This document shows positions 48,201 to 60,600 of a stretch of DNA of 64,000 nucleotides, piece after piece. The notes below the pieces were generated by a model. It was not told the origin of the DNA and did no database searches. It worked only from the letters and a program-made list of their open reading frames with translations. A program made the translations under genes and the position numbers. This DNA is from Eukaryota sp. TZLM1-RC (Eukaryota; Protista; Metamonada: BaSk clade): assembly GCA_040285825.1 (NCBI GenBank), contig JAUPSS010000004.1:3541658-3605657 (forward strand). The letters are read 5' to 3'. Numbering within the stretch: position 1 is the first letter of the stretch; every line of letters starts with the position of its first letter.

Positions 48201-50512
48201 ATCTTCAATTTAGATTTTAAGAATGCTTTCAATTCTGTATCTCGTTCTTCCATTTTACCTTTGCTGCGAAAGCATTTTCCTGAAGTTGAGCCTTTTTTCT
48301 ATTCATTTTATGGAAAATCATCCACATTGGTCTATGAAAACTTTGACCTGCTTTCGTCTTCAGGTGTTAAACAAGGTGATCCACTTGGTCCTTTTTTCTT
48401 TTTTTTGTCTGGCAATTCATCCATTAATGTGCGAATTGAAAGAAAAATTCCGAGAAATAGATATTGTAGCATATATGGATGACATTTCTGTAATTGCTCC
48501 TATTACAATTCTGAAACAAATAGCAACTTTTATTCAACAGCGTTATCATGATCATTTCATGCAAAACGATTCTTCTTGTGTTCAGCCGATGAAAAGACAG
48601 CAGAATGGTTCCAAATATGAATCATATCACATTCATGAAACGCAACATTGTTGGTCCCCTATTTGCACATTGAGTTTTGACTCACCCCAGGTCAAGTCAA
48701 CTTACATTGATACAAAGGTGATTCGATGCTCTGAGCACTATCAACCTAGATTTTCCTTTTGAATACATTTTCAAAACTGTATGTGTTGTACTAAACGTTG
48801 TAATGGGTTCGAGTTCATCAAAGAATTTATAGATTTAAAAAAAGAAAAAATTTAATTGTTGTTTGGTAACTTTATTGAGAATTGATTTGTTCAATTGTTT
48901 CATTTCTTTATTCATTTGACTTGATGCTGTCGATTGTCTACACTTTTCTGACGCAAACTCTTAAAAGTTGATATTTTGCATGGTGACTAAGGGTTTGATG
49001 TAATGATCTCCATTTATCAGCGTATTTAAGTGAGTTGTTGGAGTGCCTTTTGGGTTATTTTGTTTAAACATTTGCTCTATTGTTTTCAAGATTTTGAAAA
49101 CAAAAAAAGTCAATCCAAAATCCGTCCAATTGCAATTGGAGAATCGTTTTCAAGAATTCTTGCGTCTCTTGTTTTCAATAGAATTGGGAAAAAAGCCAAG
49201 GAATTTTTCAGTCCATTTCAATTTGGAATCAAGACAATTGATGGTGCTTCTTCTGCTGCTCTTTCGTCGGATGTGTTTTTTAATTCTAGTGATTCTAATT
49301 ACATCTTCAATTTAGATTTTAAGAATGCTTTCAATTCTGTATCTCGTTCTTCCATTTTACCTTTGCTGCGAAAGCATTTTCCTGAAGTTGAGCCTTTCTT
49401 CTATTCATTTTATGGAAAATCATCCACATTGGTCTATGAAAACTTTGACCTGCTTTCGTCTTCAGGTGTTAAACAAGGTGATCCACTTGGTCCTTTTTTC
49501 TTTTGTCTGGCAATTCATCCATTAATGTGCGAATTGAAAGAAAAATTCCGAGAAATAGATATTGTAGCATATATGGATGACATTTCTGAAATTGCTCCTA
49601 TTACAATTCTGAAACAAATAGCAACTTTTATTCAACAGCGTTATCATGATCATTTCATGCAAAACGATTCTTCTTGTGTTCAGCCGATGAAAAGACAGCA
49701 GAATGGTTCCAAATATGAATCATATCACGTTCATGAAACGCAACATTGTTGGTCCCCTATTTTGCTTATTGAGTTTTGACTTACCCCAGGTCAAGTCAAC
49801 TTACATTGATACAAAGGTGATTCGATGCTCTGAGCACTATCAACCTAGATTTTCCTTTTGAATACATTTTCAAAACTGTATGTGTTGTACTAAACGTTGT
49901 AATGGGTTCGAGTTCATCAAAGAATTTATAGATTTAAAAAAAGAAAGAATTTAATTGTTGTTTGGTAACTTTATTGAGAATTGATTTGTTCAATTGTTTC
50001 ATTTCTTTATTCATTTGACTTGATGCTGTCGATTGTCTACACCTTTCTGACGCAAACTCTTAAAAGTTGATATTTTGCATGGTGACTAAGGGTTTGATGT
50101 AATGATCTCCATTTATCAGCGTATTTAAGTGAGTTGTTGGAGTGCCTTTTGGGTTATTTTGTTTAAACATTTGCTCTATTGTTTTCAAGATTTTGAAAAC
50201 AAAAAAGGTCAATCCAAAATCCGTCCAATTGCAATAGGAGAATCGTTTTCAAGAATTCTTGCGTCTCTTGTTTTCAATAGAATTGGGAAAAAAGCCAAGG
50301 AATTTTTCAGTCCATTTCAATTTGGAATCAAGACAATTGATGGTGCTTCTTCTGCTGCTCTTTCGTCGGATGTGTTTTTTAATTCTAGTGATTCTAATTA
50401 CATCTTCAATTTAGATTTTAAGAATGCTTTCAATTCTGTATCTCGTTCTTCCATTTTACCTTTGCTGCGAAAGCATTTTCCTGAAGTTGAGCCTTTCTTC
50501 TATTCATTTTAT

Positions 50513-51644
50513 TTCTCTTTAATTTATTGAATTTGCACACTTGATTAAATTAAATCATAACTAATGGGACGACTATCATTAAACCAAGATTTCCTCTACA
50601 AAATCTTGATTTGCTTGCTGTCTAGCTAAAGCTTCTCTAATTCGATTGAAAAACCGCGGTAATCTATTAATAATGGCAAATTGAATCCGTGAACGCCATA
50701 AAAAAATATCAAATCTTTTCATTGTTTTTTCTTTCACCAATTTTTGGAAGTCATCCAAAAAAGTTTCTGCTTCAACTGATAATCTTCCATTTATCGAAAA
50801 TGGAAAAGCAATAAAAACCAGCTGTGTATTTCTATCGATATTTGCATCTTCAATTTCTTTATCATATTTTCTATGTTTTTCTTTTGCTTTAAAATCCAGA
50901 GCAGCCACAGGATTAAGTTTTCTTCTGTGAACCAAAGTATCGTTTGCAACATTACATGAGACAAAGTCAACAATAGCTTCAGAATTATCAATCCAATCAC
51001 AGTATACATCACCTCTATCATCAGAACTAAAATTATTCAGAGAAAGTGTTTCTTTCAGCAGGGGCTCTTTGATACACGATATCCTTGCAGTTTGTGCCAT
51101 ATTGAAAACAGTGTCTCTAACAGCATCATGTAATGAAGAACGATAAGTTATCAATTTAGAGCAATTTAGAGCATGGCGCAAAGTGAGTTGAGGTGAATTC
51201 GAACAAATACATTTTTCTTTTGATAATAATTGGTTAATGGGGATGTTCAAATATAATCTCATTTTTGTTACAAATGCTTCATTAGTAGCACACAATCCAA
51301 ATCTTCGTGGTACAATGGTTACAAAAAGTGAAGAATCTGACACCTTGTTTTCACAAACACCCTTTTCCAATAACAATGAGTGAAGATCTTGATTTAAAAC
51401 AGCCGAGCTGCAAATATTATTATAAAGATCTTTTTCATACATTCCAGTCAATCTTTTCTGTAATGTTCGAAGAGTGTACTTCAAATTTAAAACATTTTTT
51501 TCTGGAATATTGCCATTGAATGATTGGGGAAAACATCGACCCCATTTTTCTACATCAATTCTTGAAATTTCTTCATTTAATGCAAAAACAGTGGAACTTT
51601 GCGTTGTCATCAATAAATCTTCCCAATCTGCAAATCTTTCGGAG
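50513..51644 (-). mobile_element. Family A insertion in array unit 5, 7-bp TSD
   Basis: Uninterrupted CCHC-RLE frame. TSD ATTTTAT at 50506-50512 and 51645-51651. Sister units are empty. Confidence 0.95.
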
Positions 51645-54600
51645 ATTTTATGGAAAATCATCCACATTGGTCTATGAAAACTTTGACCTGCTTTCGTCTT
51701 CAGGTGTTAAACAAGGTGATCCACTTGGTCCTTTTTTCTTTTGTCTGGCAATTCATCCATTAATGTGCGAATTGAAAGAAAAATTCCGCGAAATAGACAT
51801 TGTAGCATATATGGATGACATTTCTGTAATTGCTCCTATTACAATTCTGAAACAAATAGCAACTTTTATTCAACAGCGTTATCATGATCATTTCATGCAA
51901 AACGATTCTTCTTGTGTTCAGCCGATGAAAAGACAGCAGAATGGTTCCAAATATGAATCATATCACATTCATGAAACGCAACATTGTTGGTCCCCTATTT
52001 TGCTTATTGAGTTTTGACTTACCCCAGGTCAAGTCAACTTACATTGATACAAAGGTGATTCGATGCTCTGAGCACTATCAACCTAGATTTTCCTTTTGAA
52101 TACATTTTCAAAACTGTATGTGTTGTACTAAACGTTGTAATGGGTTCGAGTTCATCAAAAAATTTATAGATTTAAAAAAAGAAAAAAATTTAATTGTTGT
52201 TTGGTAACTTTATTGAGAATTGATTTGTTCAATTGTTTCATTTCTTTATTCATTTGACTTGATGCTGTCGATTGTCTACACTTTTCTGACGCAAACTCTT
52301 AAAAGTTGATATTTTGCATGGTGACTAAGGGTTTGATGTAATGATCTCCATTTATCAGCGTATTTAAGTGAGTTGTTGGAGTGCCTTTTGGGTTATTTTG
52401 TTTAAACATTTGCTCTATTGTTTTCAAGATTTTGAAAACAAAAAAAGTCAATCCAAAATCCGTCCAATTGCAATTGGAGAATCGTTTTCAAGAATTCTTG
52501 CGTCTCTTGTTTTCAATAGAATTGGGAAAAAAAGCCAAGGAATTTTTCAGTCCATTTCAATTTGGAATCAAGACAATTGATGGTGCTTCTTCTGCTGCTC
52601 TTTCGTCGGATGTGTTTTTTAATTCTAGTGATTCTAATTACATCTTCAATTTAGATTTTAAGAATGCTTTCAATTCTGTATCTCGTTCTTCCATTTTACC
52701 TTTGCTGCGAAAGCATTTTCCTGAAGTTGAGCCTTTTTTCTATTCATTTTATGGAAAATCATCCACATTGGTCTATGAAAACTTTGACCTGCTTTCGTCT
52801 TCAGGTGTTAAACAAGGTGATCCACTTGGTCCTTTTTTCTTTTTTTTGTCTGGCAATTCATCCATTAATGTGCGAATTGAAAGAAAAATTCCGAGAAATA
52901 GATATTGTAGCATATATGGATGACATTTCTGTAATTGCTCCTATTACAATTCTGAAACAAATAGCAACTTTTATTCAACAGCGTTATCATGATCATTTCA
53001 TGCAAAACGATTCTTCTTGTGTTCAGCCGATGAAAAGACAGCAGAATGGTTCCAAATATGAATCATATCACATTCATGAAACGCAACATTGTTGGTCCCC
53101 TATTTTGCACATTGAGTTTTGACTCACCCCAGGTCAAGTCAACTTACATTGATACAAAGGTGATTCGATGCTCTGAGCACTATCAACCTAGATTTTCCTT
53201 TTGAATACATTTTCAAAACTGTATGTGTTGTACTAAACGTTGTAATGGGTTCGAGTTCATCAAAGAATTTATAGATTTACAAAAAGAAAAAATTTAATTG
53301 TTGTTTGGTAACTTTATTGAGAATTGATTTGTTCAATTGTTTCATTTCTTTATTCATTTGACTTGATGCTGTCGATTGTCTACACTTTTCTGACGCAAAC
53401 TCTTAAAAGTTGATATTTTGCATGGTGACTAAGGGTTTGATGTAATGATCTCCATTTATCAGCGTATTTAAGTGAGTTGTTGGAGTGCCTTTTGGGTTAT
53501 TTTGTTTAAACATTTGCTCTATTGTTTTCAAGATTTTGAAAACAAAAAAAGTCAATCCAAAATCCGTCCAATTGCAATTGGAGAATCGTTTTCAAGAATT
53601 CTTGCGTCTCTTGTTTTCAATAGAATTGGGAAAAAAGCCAAGGAATTTTTCAGTCCATTTCAATTTGGAATCAAGACAATTGATGGTGCTTCTTCTGCTG
53701 CTCTTTCGTCGGATGTGTTTTTTAATTCTAGTGATTCTAATTACATCTTCAATTTAGATTTTAAGAATGCTTTCAATTCTGTATCTCGTTCTTCCATTTT
53801 ACCTTTGCTGCGAAATCATTTTCCTGAAGTTGAGCCTTTGTTCTATTCATTTTATGGAAAATCATCCACATTGGTCTATGAAAACTTTGACCTGCTTTCG
53901 TCTTCAGGTGTTAAACAAGGTGATCCACTTGGTCCTTTTTTCTTTTGTCTGGCAATTCATCCATTAATGTGCGAATTGAAAGAAAAATTCCGAGAAATAG
54001 ATATTGTAGCATATATGGATGACATTTCTGAAATTGCTCCTATTACAATTCTGAAACAAATAGTAACTTTTATTCAACAGCGTTATCATGATCATTTCAT
54101 GCAAAACGATTCTTCTTGTGTTCAGCCGATGAAAAGACAGCAGAATGGTTCCAAATATGAATCATATCACGTTCATGAAACGCAACATTGTTGGTCCCCT
54201 TTTTGCACATTGAGTTTTGACTCACCCCAGGTCAAGTCAACTTACATTGATACAAAGGTGATTCGATGCTCTGAGCACTATCAACCTAGATTTTCCTTTT
54301 GAATACATTTTCAAAACTGTATGTGTTGTACTAAACGTTGTAATGGGTTCGAGTTCATCAAAGAATTTATAGATTTAAAAAAAGAAAAGAATTTAATTGT
54401 TGTTTGGTAACTTTATTGAGAATTGATTTGTTCAATTGTTTCATTTCTTTATTCATTTGACTTGATGCTGTCGATTGTCTACACCTTTCTGACGCAAACT
54501 CTTAAAAGTTGATATTTTGCATGGTGACTAAGGGTTTGATGTAATGATCTCCATTTATCAGCGTATTTAAGTGAGTTGTTGGAGTGCCTTTTGGGTTATT

Positions 54601-54778
54601 TTGTTTAAACATTTGCTCTATTGTTTTCAAGATTTTGAAAACAAAAAAGGTCAATCCAAAATCCGTCCAATTGCAATTGGAGAATCGTTTTCAAGAATTC
54701 TTGCGTCTCTTGTTTTCAATAGAATTGGGAAAAAAGCCAAGGAATTTTTCAGTCCATTTCAATTTGGAATCAAGACAA

Positions 54779-55338
54779 AGTGTTTCCCCTGCTGAAGGAA
54801 ACACTTTCTCTGAATAATTTTGGTTCTGATGATAGAGCTGATGTATACTGTGATTGGATTGATAATTCTGAAGCTATTGTTGACTTTGTCTCATGTAATG
54901 TTGCAAACGATACTTTGGTTCACAGAAGAAAACTTAATCCTGTGGCTGCTCTGGATTTTAAAGCAAAAGAGAAACATAGAAAATATGATAAAGATATTGA
55001 AGAGGCTAATGTCGATTGAAATACACAGCTGGTTTTTATTGCTTTCCCATTTTCGATAAATGGCAGATTTTCAGTTGAAGCAGAAACTTTTTTGAATGAC
55101 TTCCAAAAAATGGTGCAAGAAAAAACAATGAGAAGATTTGATATATTTTTATGGCGTTCACGGATTCAATTTGCCATTATTAATAGATTACCACGGTTTT
55201 TCAATAGAATAAGAGAAGCTTTAGCTAGACAGCAAGCAGATCAAAATTTTGTAGAGGAAATCTTGGTTCAATGATAGTCGTCCCATTAGTATTGAGTTAA
55301 TTTAATCAAGTGTGCAAATTCAATAAATAAAAAAATAT
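54779..55338 (+). mobile_element. Family A insertion in array unit 8, 11-bp TSD
   Basis: TSD AATCAAGACAA at 54768-54778 and 55339-55349. RLE fragment and family A tail. Confidence 0.95.
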
Positions 55339-55384
55339 AATCAAGACAATTGATGGTGCTTCTTCTGCTGCTCTTTCGTCGGAT

Positions 55385-57331
55385 GTGTATTTTAATTCTA
55401 GTGATTCTAATTACATCTTCAATTTAGATTTTAAGAATGCTTTCAATTCTGTATCTCGTTCTTCCATTTTACCTTTGCTGCGAAAGCATTTTCCTGAAGT
55501 TGAGCCTTTGTTCTATTCATTTTATGGAAAATCATCCACATTGGTCTATGAAAACTTTGACCTGCTTTCGTCTTCAGGTGTTAAACAAGGTGATCCACTT
55601 GGTCCTTTTTTCTTTTGTCTGGCAATTCATCCATTAATGTGCGAATTGAAAGAAAAATTCCGAGAAATAGATATTGTAGCATATATGGATGACATTTCTG
55701 AAATTGCTCCTATTACAATTCTGAAACAAATAGCAACTTTTATTCAACAGCGTTATGACGATATTGGTCTCTCATTGAATATCTCCAAATGTTTGATTAT
55801 TGGCCATGAACCAATTGATTTTTTCATTAATGATGTCAATGTTCCCTTTATCAATTATGATCAGTCTGGTTTTCGTTTTTTGGGTTGTTATCTCGGAAAT
55901 ATTGATGAAGACAAAGGCCAACTTTCGACTCTGTTGACTCAATTTGGAAATGAACTAGAATCAATAGAAAATTTAAATATTGAGAAACATTTGAAATTCT
56001 GTTTCCTAAAAGTCTGTTATTCTGGAAAATTTACTTATATTTTGAGATCAACATCACCATCAATTTCTTTGGAGTTTTGTCGCATTGTTAATGAACAAAG
56101 AACCAATTTTTTAGCAAAATTATTGGAAATTGATGCATCTCAGTTACGAAGCCACATTTTTTGTGGTACAAATTTTGGTGGTGTTGATTTTCATAAATCA
56201 AGCTACCTTTGTAAAGCTGCCTTTATTGGAGGTGGAAAGAATTTTATTTATGAATTTGTGAATCGTTTTCCTGAAAAAATTCATCTCATTGAAAATTGTG
56301 GCAGCTCTTATCTTATTTCTTTGCAACAGGAAATTGAAACTCTTTCACCCATTATTTGGGCTAAATGTTTCCCCTCTGATATTGTGGAACTTCCTTCAAG
56401 AAGCTTGCTCTCCTTACCACTGACTTTTGCAAAATTGCAGAAAAAGATCTTGAAAGTTTTAGAAAACTTGGATTATATTGTACGTCTTAGCTTGGCTAAG
56501 GAAAAAAATCCCGTTTTTGCAAACTTTTTGATTGATCTTGAAGACAGTTGTTCAAGTTGCCTAATCTCCCCAATTCCCAACATTTATGGCCTTCTACTTA
56601 ATGATCACCAATGGACCACTGCAATGAGAATGAGATGTTTTCTATGGCCTTGTTCATTACCAAATGATTTAATTTGTCGCTGCAAGAGTGTTGTTACGCT
56701 TTCCCATATTTTAAACTGTAAGTATTTTATAACTTATCGCTCAATTGTTCATGACTCAGTTCCTGATCAATTATATGCCATGTGCAAAAGTTTCAATATA
56801 GAGGCATTTATTGAGCCACTAGTACGTAAGCTGTCTTCAGATCAAACTGATGATTCCTTTGGTAAAAGAAGGGCAGATTTAGTAGCTCCAGGGATCGATG
56901 GTGTTCTCAATGTTGTAGATGTTGTCTCGGTTGATGTTTGCAAAAATTCTGCTGCTCGTTTAGTGTATTCCGCTGATTCGCCGTTATCTAACGCCAAAAA
57001 AAAGAAGATAAAACAATATGAAGAACCTTTGGCACAGTTAGGTAGAGTGGAACATGTGAAATATCAGTTTGTGCCGTTTGCAATTTCTCTTTTTGGCAAT
57101 ATTGGACCTTCAGGCTTGCACTTTTTGGAAAATTTTAAAAAAGTGTTACTGAATAGGTCTGGTAAAACAATGAACTCCACTTTCTGGTTAAATAGAATTG
57201 TTTTTTGCATTTTCAAGTCTATTCCTACAATGATTTCAAAGGCACTTTTAGCTATCGGTGTAGAATATGAACGTAATGCTGTGAGTAGGTTCAGTAATAG
57301 TGACGCTTGTTTGGAGGATATTGAATTCTAG
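55385..57331 (+). CDS. Family B ORF: RT, CCHC finger and restriction-like endonuclease (5'-incomplete)
   Basis: 648-codon open frame with YMDD, FLG, CRC..HILNC, EP, RRAD, DVVSVD, KIKQY. Confidence 0.88.
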   Translation: MYFNSSDSNYIFNLDFKNAFNSVSRSSILPLLRKHFPEVEPLFYSFYGKSSTLVYENFDLLSSSGVKQGDPLGPFFFCLAIHPLMCELKEKFREIDIVAYMDDISEIAPITILKQIATFIQQRYDDIGLSLNISKCLIIGHEPIDFFINDVNVPFINYDQSGFRFLGCYLGNIDEDKGQLSTLLTQFGNELESIENLNIEKHLKFCFLKVCYSGKFTYILRSTSPSISLEFCRIVNEQRTNFLAKLLEIDASQLRSHIFCGTNFGGVDFHKSSYLCKAAFIGGGKNFIYEFVNRFPEKIHLIENCGSSYLISLQQEIETLSPIIWAKCFPSDIVELPSRSLLSLPLTFAKLQKKILKVLENLDYIVRLSLAKEKNPVFANFLIDLEDSCSSCLISPIPNIYGLLLNDHQWTTAMRMRCFLWPCSLPNDLICRCKSVVTLSHILNCKYFITYRSIVHDSVPDQLYAMCKSFNIEAFIEPLVRKLSSDQTDDSFGKRRADLVAPGIDGVLNVVDVVSVDVCKNSAARLVYSADSPLSNAKKKKIKQYEEPLAQLGRVEHVKYQFVPFAISLFGNIGPSGLHFLENFKKVLLNRSGKTMNSTFWLNRIVFCIFKSIPTMISKALLAIGVEYERNAVSRFSNSDACLEDIEF

Positions 57332-57630
57332 ATGGTTATTTTTATCTCAATAAATATTCCGGTTTTTAAAAAAAATTGTTGGTTTAGTAAATATTATGTG
57401 TTATAATTTTCTTACTGTTGAAACTTGATGGAAGTGGAAATGTAACAAGAATGTCGAATCAGATGGATTCCATATCACCAAGTCTACTAAAAAATGTTAA
57501 AAAATTTTTATTGACCTGCAACACTTAATTAATTCTAATTTAAATAAGGGAAACTTTTTTGGATTTGTAAGACTGGTTGCCTCAACTACTATTTGCCACT
57601 TTTGTGCTATTTGCCGATGTCTCCTTTGAC

Positions 57631-60600
57631 ATGCCCAGTTCTAGTCCACGTAAATCTAGACGTTCATTATCTGCCATTCCTCAAATGGACCCTTTCTTTT
57701 CCTCATGTTTAGATGCCCTCACAGAAAATACCCAGCAATCTGTTTACCACCATCTTTCCGACTACAATGACCCTTGTACGATTGAAGACCTCTCACCAAA
57801 GTCTCACCGTGACCCAGACATTGAACAAGAGGCCGAACGAAGACTGTCCCTAATCAAAGCCAACCCCTTCTCCAAACCTTTACCCCAACCTCTCTCCACC
57901 TCCACCAATCCTTCCTTAGTCCATCTCACCCCACGTACCATGAGATCTGTCCTGACTGGGTCTAAAGGAACCACCCCCATTAGGAAAAAAGAAATTTCAT
58001 ATAATCATTTATTAAAGGAAGATCACGTTGATTCATTACTGTACAAAAGACGACCCCATACTGCTGCAACCAGAACAGTGCCTCAAACAGTGGCTCAGCT
58101 GCTCAAAGGGAAGCATTCATCCAGAAAAGTGACCAGGATGAGTCCTAGTAGAAGACCTGTGAGTCATATTGATTCGGCCGATCTAAAGAAGGAGGGTTTA
58201 TGGAGGGAAGAGAGTGAGGCGGAAGAGTCTATGACAGTCGAGAGAGAAGGTCAAAATGTGGAAACTGATGATGTGGTAGGTCAAAAAGATGAGGTGGAGT
58301 CTTGTCTGGTCAAGGAGAGCCAAGATTCGAATGATTTATTTAAAACCCTTGATTCATTATCATCTCAATCAAATAAACCCTTAACCAATCAAACTACCAA
58401 TCAATTCGTCCATGAAAAGATTAGTTTTGCTGGTCCTCAAAGGTCAATTGATGATTTGATTAATGATCCTTTCAGAGGTCTCTATAGTGGTCTTTCTCTC
58501 AGCTCAAAGTCAACAAAAGTCAAGGGCAGTGGGGATCAGGTCAAAATATTTGAAAACTTGGCTAAAAATTTGCTTAAAAAGGTTGAAAATTCTGTCCACA
58601 CAATTCAAGACAACCAAGCAAACAGTGAAGACATCAATTACCAAATTGGTATTCTTAATGAATTGAAGATAATTCTTGAATCTGTTGACCGGGATGCAAT
58701 GTTTAAAGAGGAATTAATTAATCTCCCAGACTATGAAATTCGTGACAAGCTGCTGACAGTTAGTAGAGATCACGATGAGCTCAAGTCGAAATATTCGGAC
58801 CTGAGGGAAACCAACTGTATGCTTGAGTTGAGACTTCAATCAATGGAAAAGGCGGTTATGGATGTTCTAGGCCAGTTTCTCAATGAAAAAAATGAAGCTG
58901 ATCGACTCAGAGAGCGAATCAAACTGCTTCAATCGGAAGCTAATCAATCAACCTCTCAAGTTTTGGTCGAGACCGCCATTTCATGTGGTAATCTAACGGA
59001 AAGTGATGTTGATTGTGTTGATTCTGGTGAGCTTGGTCCTCCAATGACCAAAGCTACAAACACTTATTCAAAAGTTGGGTTAAAATTTGACAGATTTATC
59101 GACAAATCCAATCAAACCTTTCAAATGTCGAGTGACAAGTCGGTTTCGGTTAATTTTAACTTATTGGATCAGCAAGATAATGCAACTGATGATCTTTTTG
59201 ATATACCTTCAATAGGACGACAAGCTGTTTGTTTTGGACAAACAGACAAGAACCAAGAAAAAGGAAAAGCAGAATCAAAGGTTTTACCAAAGATCTTGAG
59301 TGTCGAGCACCTTTATGCCAAGAGTTTTCTTGATAATTCTCGTAGTCAACGACGGTCAAGCAATTCTGAACCTTTTCGCCATTCTAACGTCACTATTGAA
59401 TCATCTGTTCCGATGTATTCCAAATCAAAAAATTCCGTTACTCAATCACGAAATTTTTCCAATCAAGTTGACTTTAATCAATCAAATAATCAATTAATTA
59501 ATCAATCAAATAATCAATCATGTATAGAATGTGAGGCAAACAAACTTCGACTGTCCATATTAGAACAATCTATCTCTTCTTACACTAATGAACTCTCCTT
59601 GGTCAAACAACGATTGGGAACTCATTTAGCTAACAGTTTTTCTTTGGAGGGGTTCAAAGAGCAAGGTACACAAATGAGCACCAGGTCAATGCTTTCTATT
59701 TGCCCTCTTCATCGTAGAACTTTCTTTCCTTCATCGTTACCACGGCCTCTAAGCTCCAAGGAAGTGAGTGGGTGGGGAAAGGAACAGAAACAAGAAGGGT
59801 TCCACGAAGGAAAGCAACTTGATAAGGAAGTTCAAGTTGAAGCTTCAATTGATTTAAATCCTGCAAGTTTAAAAGAATTCGAAACAGATTTAACTCGAGT
59901 GCAGAATGGTAATTCAACTTATTCAATGACCAAGTCCAAAAATTCCATGGATTCTATGAGTCGACATTGTTTCAAGGAAGGTGATTTTGGTGATTCGCTG
60001 GACAAGTCTGAACCAGTTTTCAGTGATTTTAACGAGGATTACCCTTCAAGTACATCAAATGCATCAAGGATATATTCTGGTGGGTTAGCTTCAAATCAAA
60101 TAGACAATACCTGGGACATTTTAAACAGTTCAATTAAATCCAAGTCTCCATCCCTCTCTATTTGTCCTTTACCATCGATGTCAGTTGGCAGTATAATTGA
60201 TTTTGGTAAGGAGCAAAGAGACCAACACAAAGTTAGTAAAGAACCTGTGGATCAGTCTGTTTCACCAATAGAACCTTTTCCCTTTGCAAACACTTTGTCA
60301 CCAACATTGTCAGTAGAAAAGGTAAATGAACATTCAGTCGGAATTTTACCAAAGAGCCTCACAACAACCAAAAGGCCTTTGAAACCTCCAAAAACCATTA
60401 AAAGGATTTCTTGTTTGAGAATTGTTCCTTTGTTTTCGGAGTTTATCTCTCTTTCGGAAACTCCCTTTGCGACACCCACCACAAGAGTTTATTCCACTCA
60501 AAGAACGCCATCAGCTACTGCTTCTCGACCTTCATCAACTCTCCCCTCTCCTTTCCGACTAGATCTTTCGTCGGTTGAGGTCGATGGGGATGTGACTTCA

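Larger units (their letters stand above)
45241..55756 (+). repeat. Tandem array of eight ~1.1-kb units (~560 bp non-element DNA + ~540 bp family B RT core)
   Basis: Unit starts at 45241, 46343, 47441, 48545, 49643, 51881, 52986 and 54085. Each encodes IRPIAIGE..LDFKNAFNS..QGDPLGP..YMDD. Confidence 0.96.
54646..57375 (+). mobile_element. RLE non-LTR retrotransposon family B, 5'-truncated parent of the array
   Basis: Array unit 8 continues (QQRYDDIGLSLNISKC) to the element 3' end with AATAAA and an A tail. Confidence 0.93.

Noticed and set aside
51645-51667. MWMIFHKI start of the 362-aa ORF 50579-51667
   Set aside because: These codons are the antisense of array sequence beyond the TSD. The ORF is a chimeric, 5'-truncated element frame.
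45241-55756. Array as a CRISPR-like, retron-like or DGR-like system
   Set aside because: No repeat-spacer structure and no template/variable repeat pair. The RT is plainly the 5' part of the adjacent non-LTR element.
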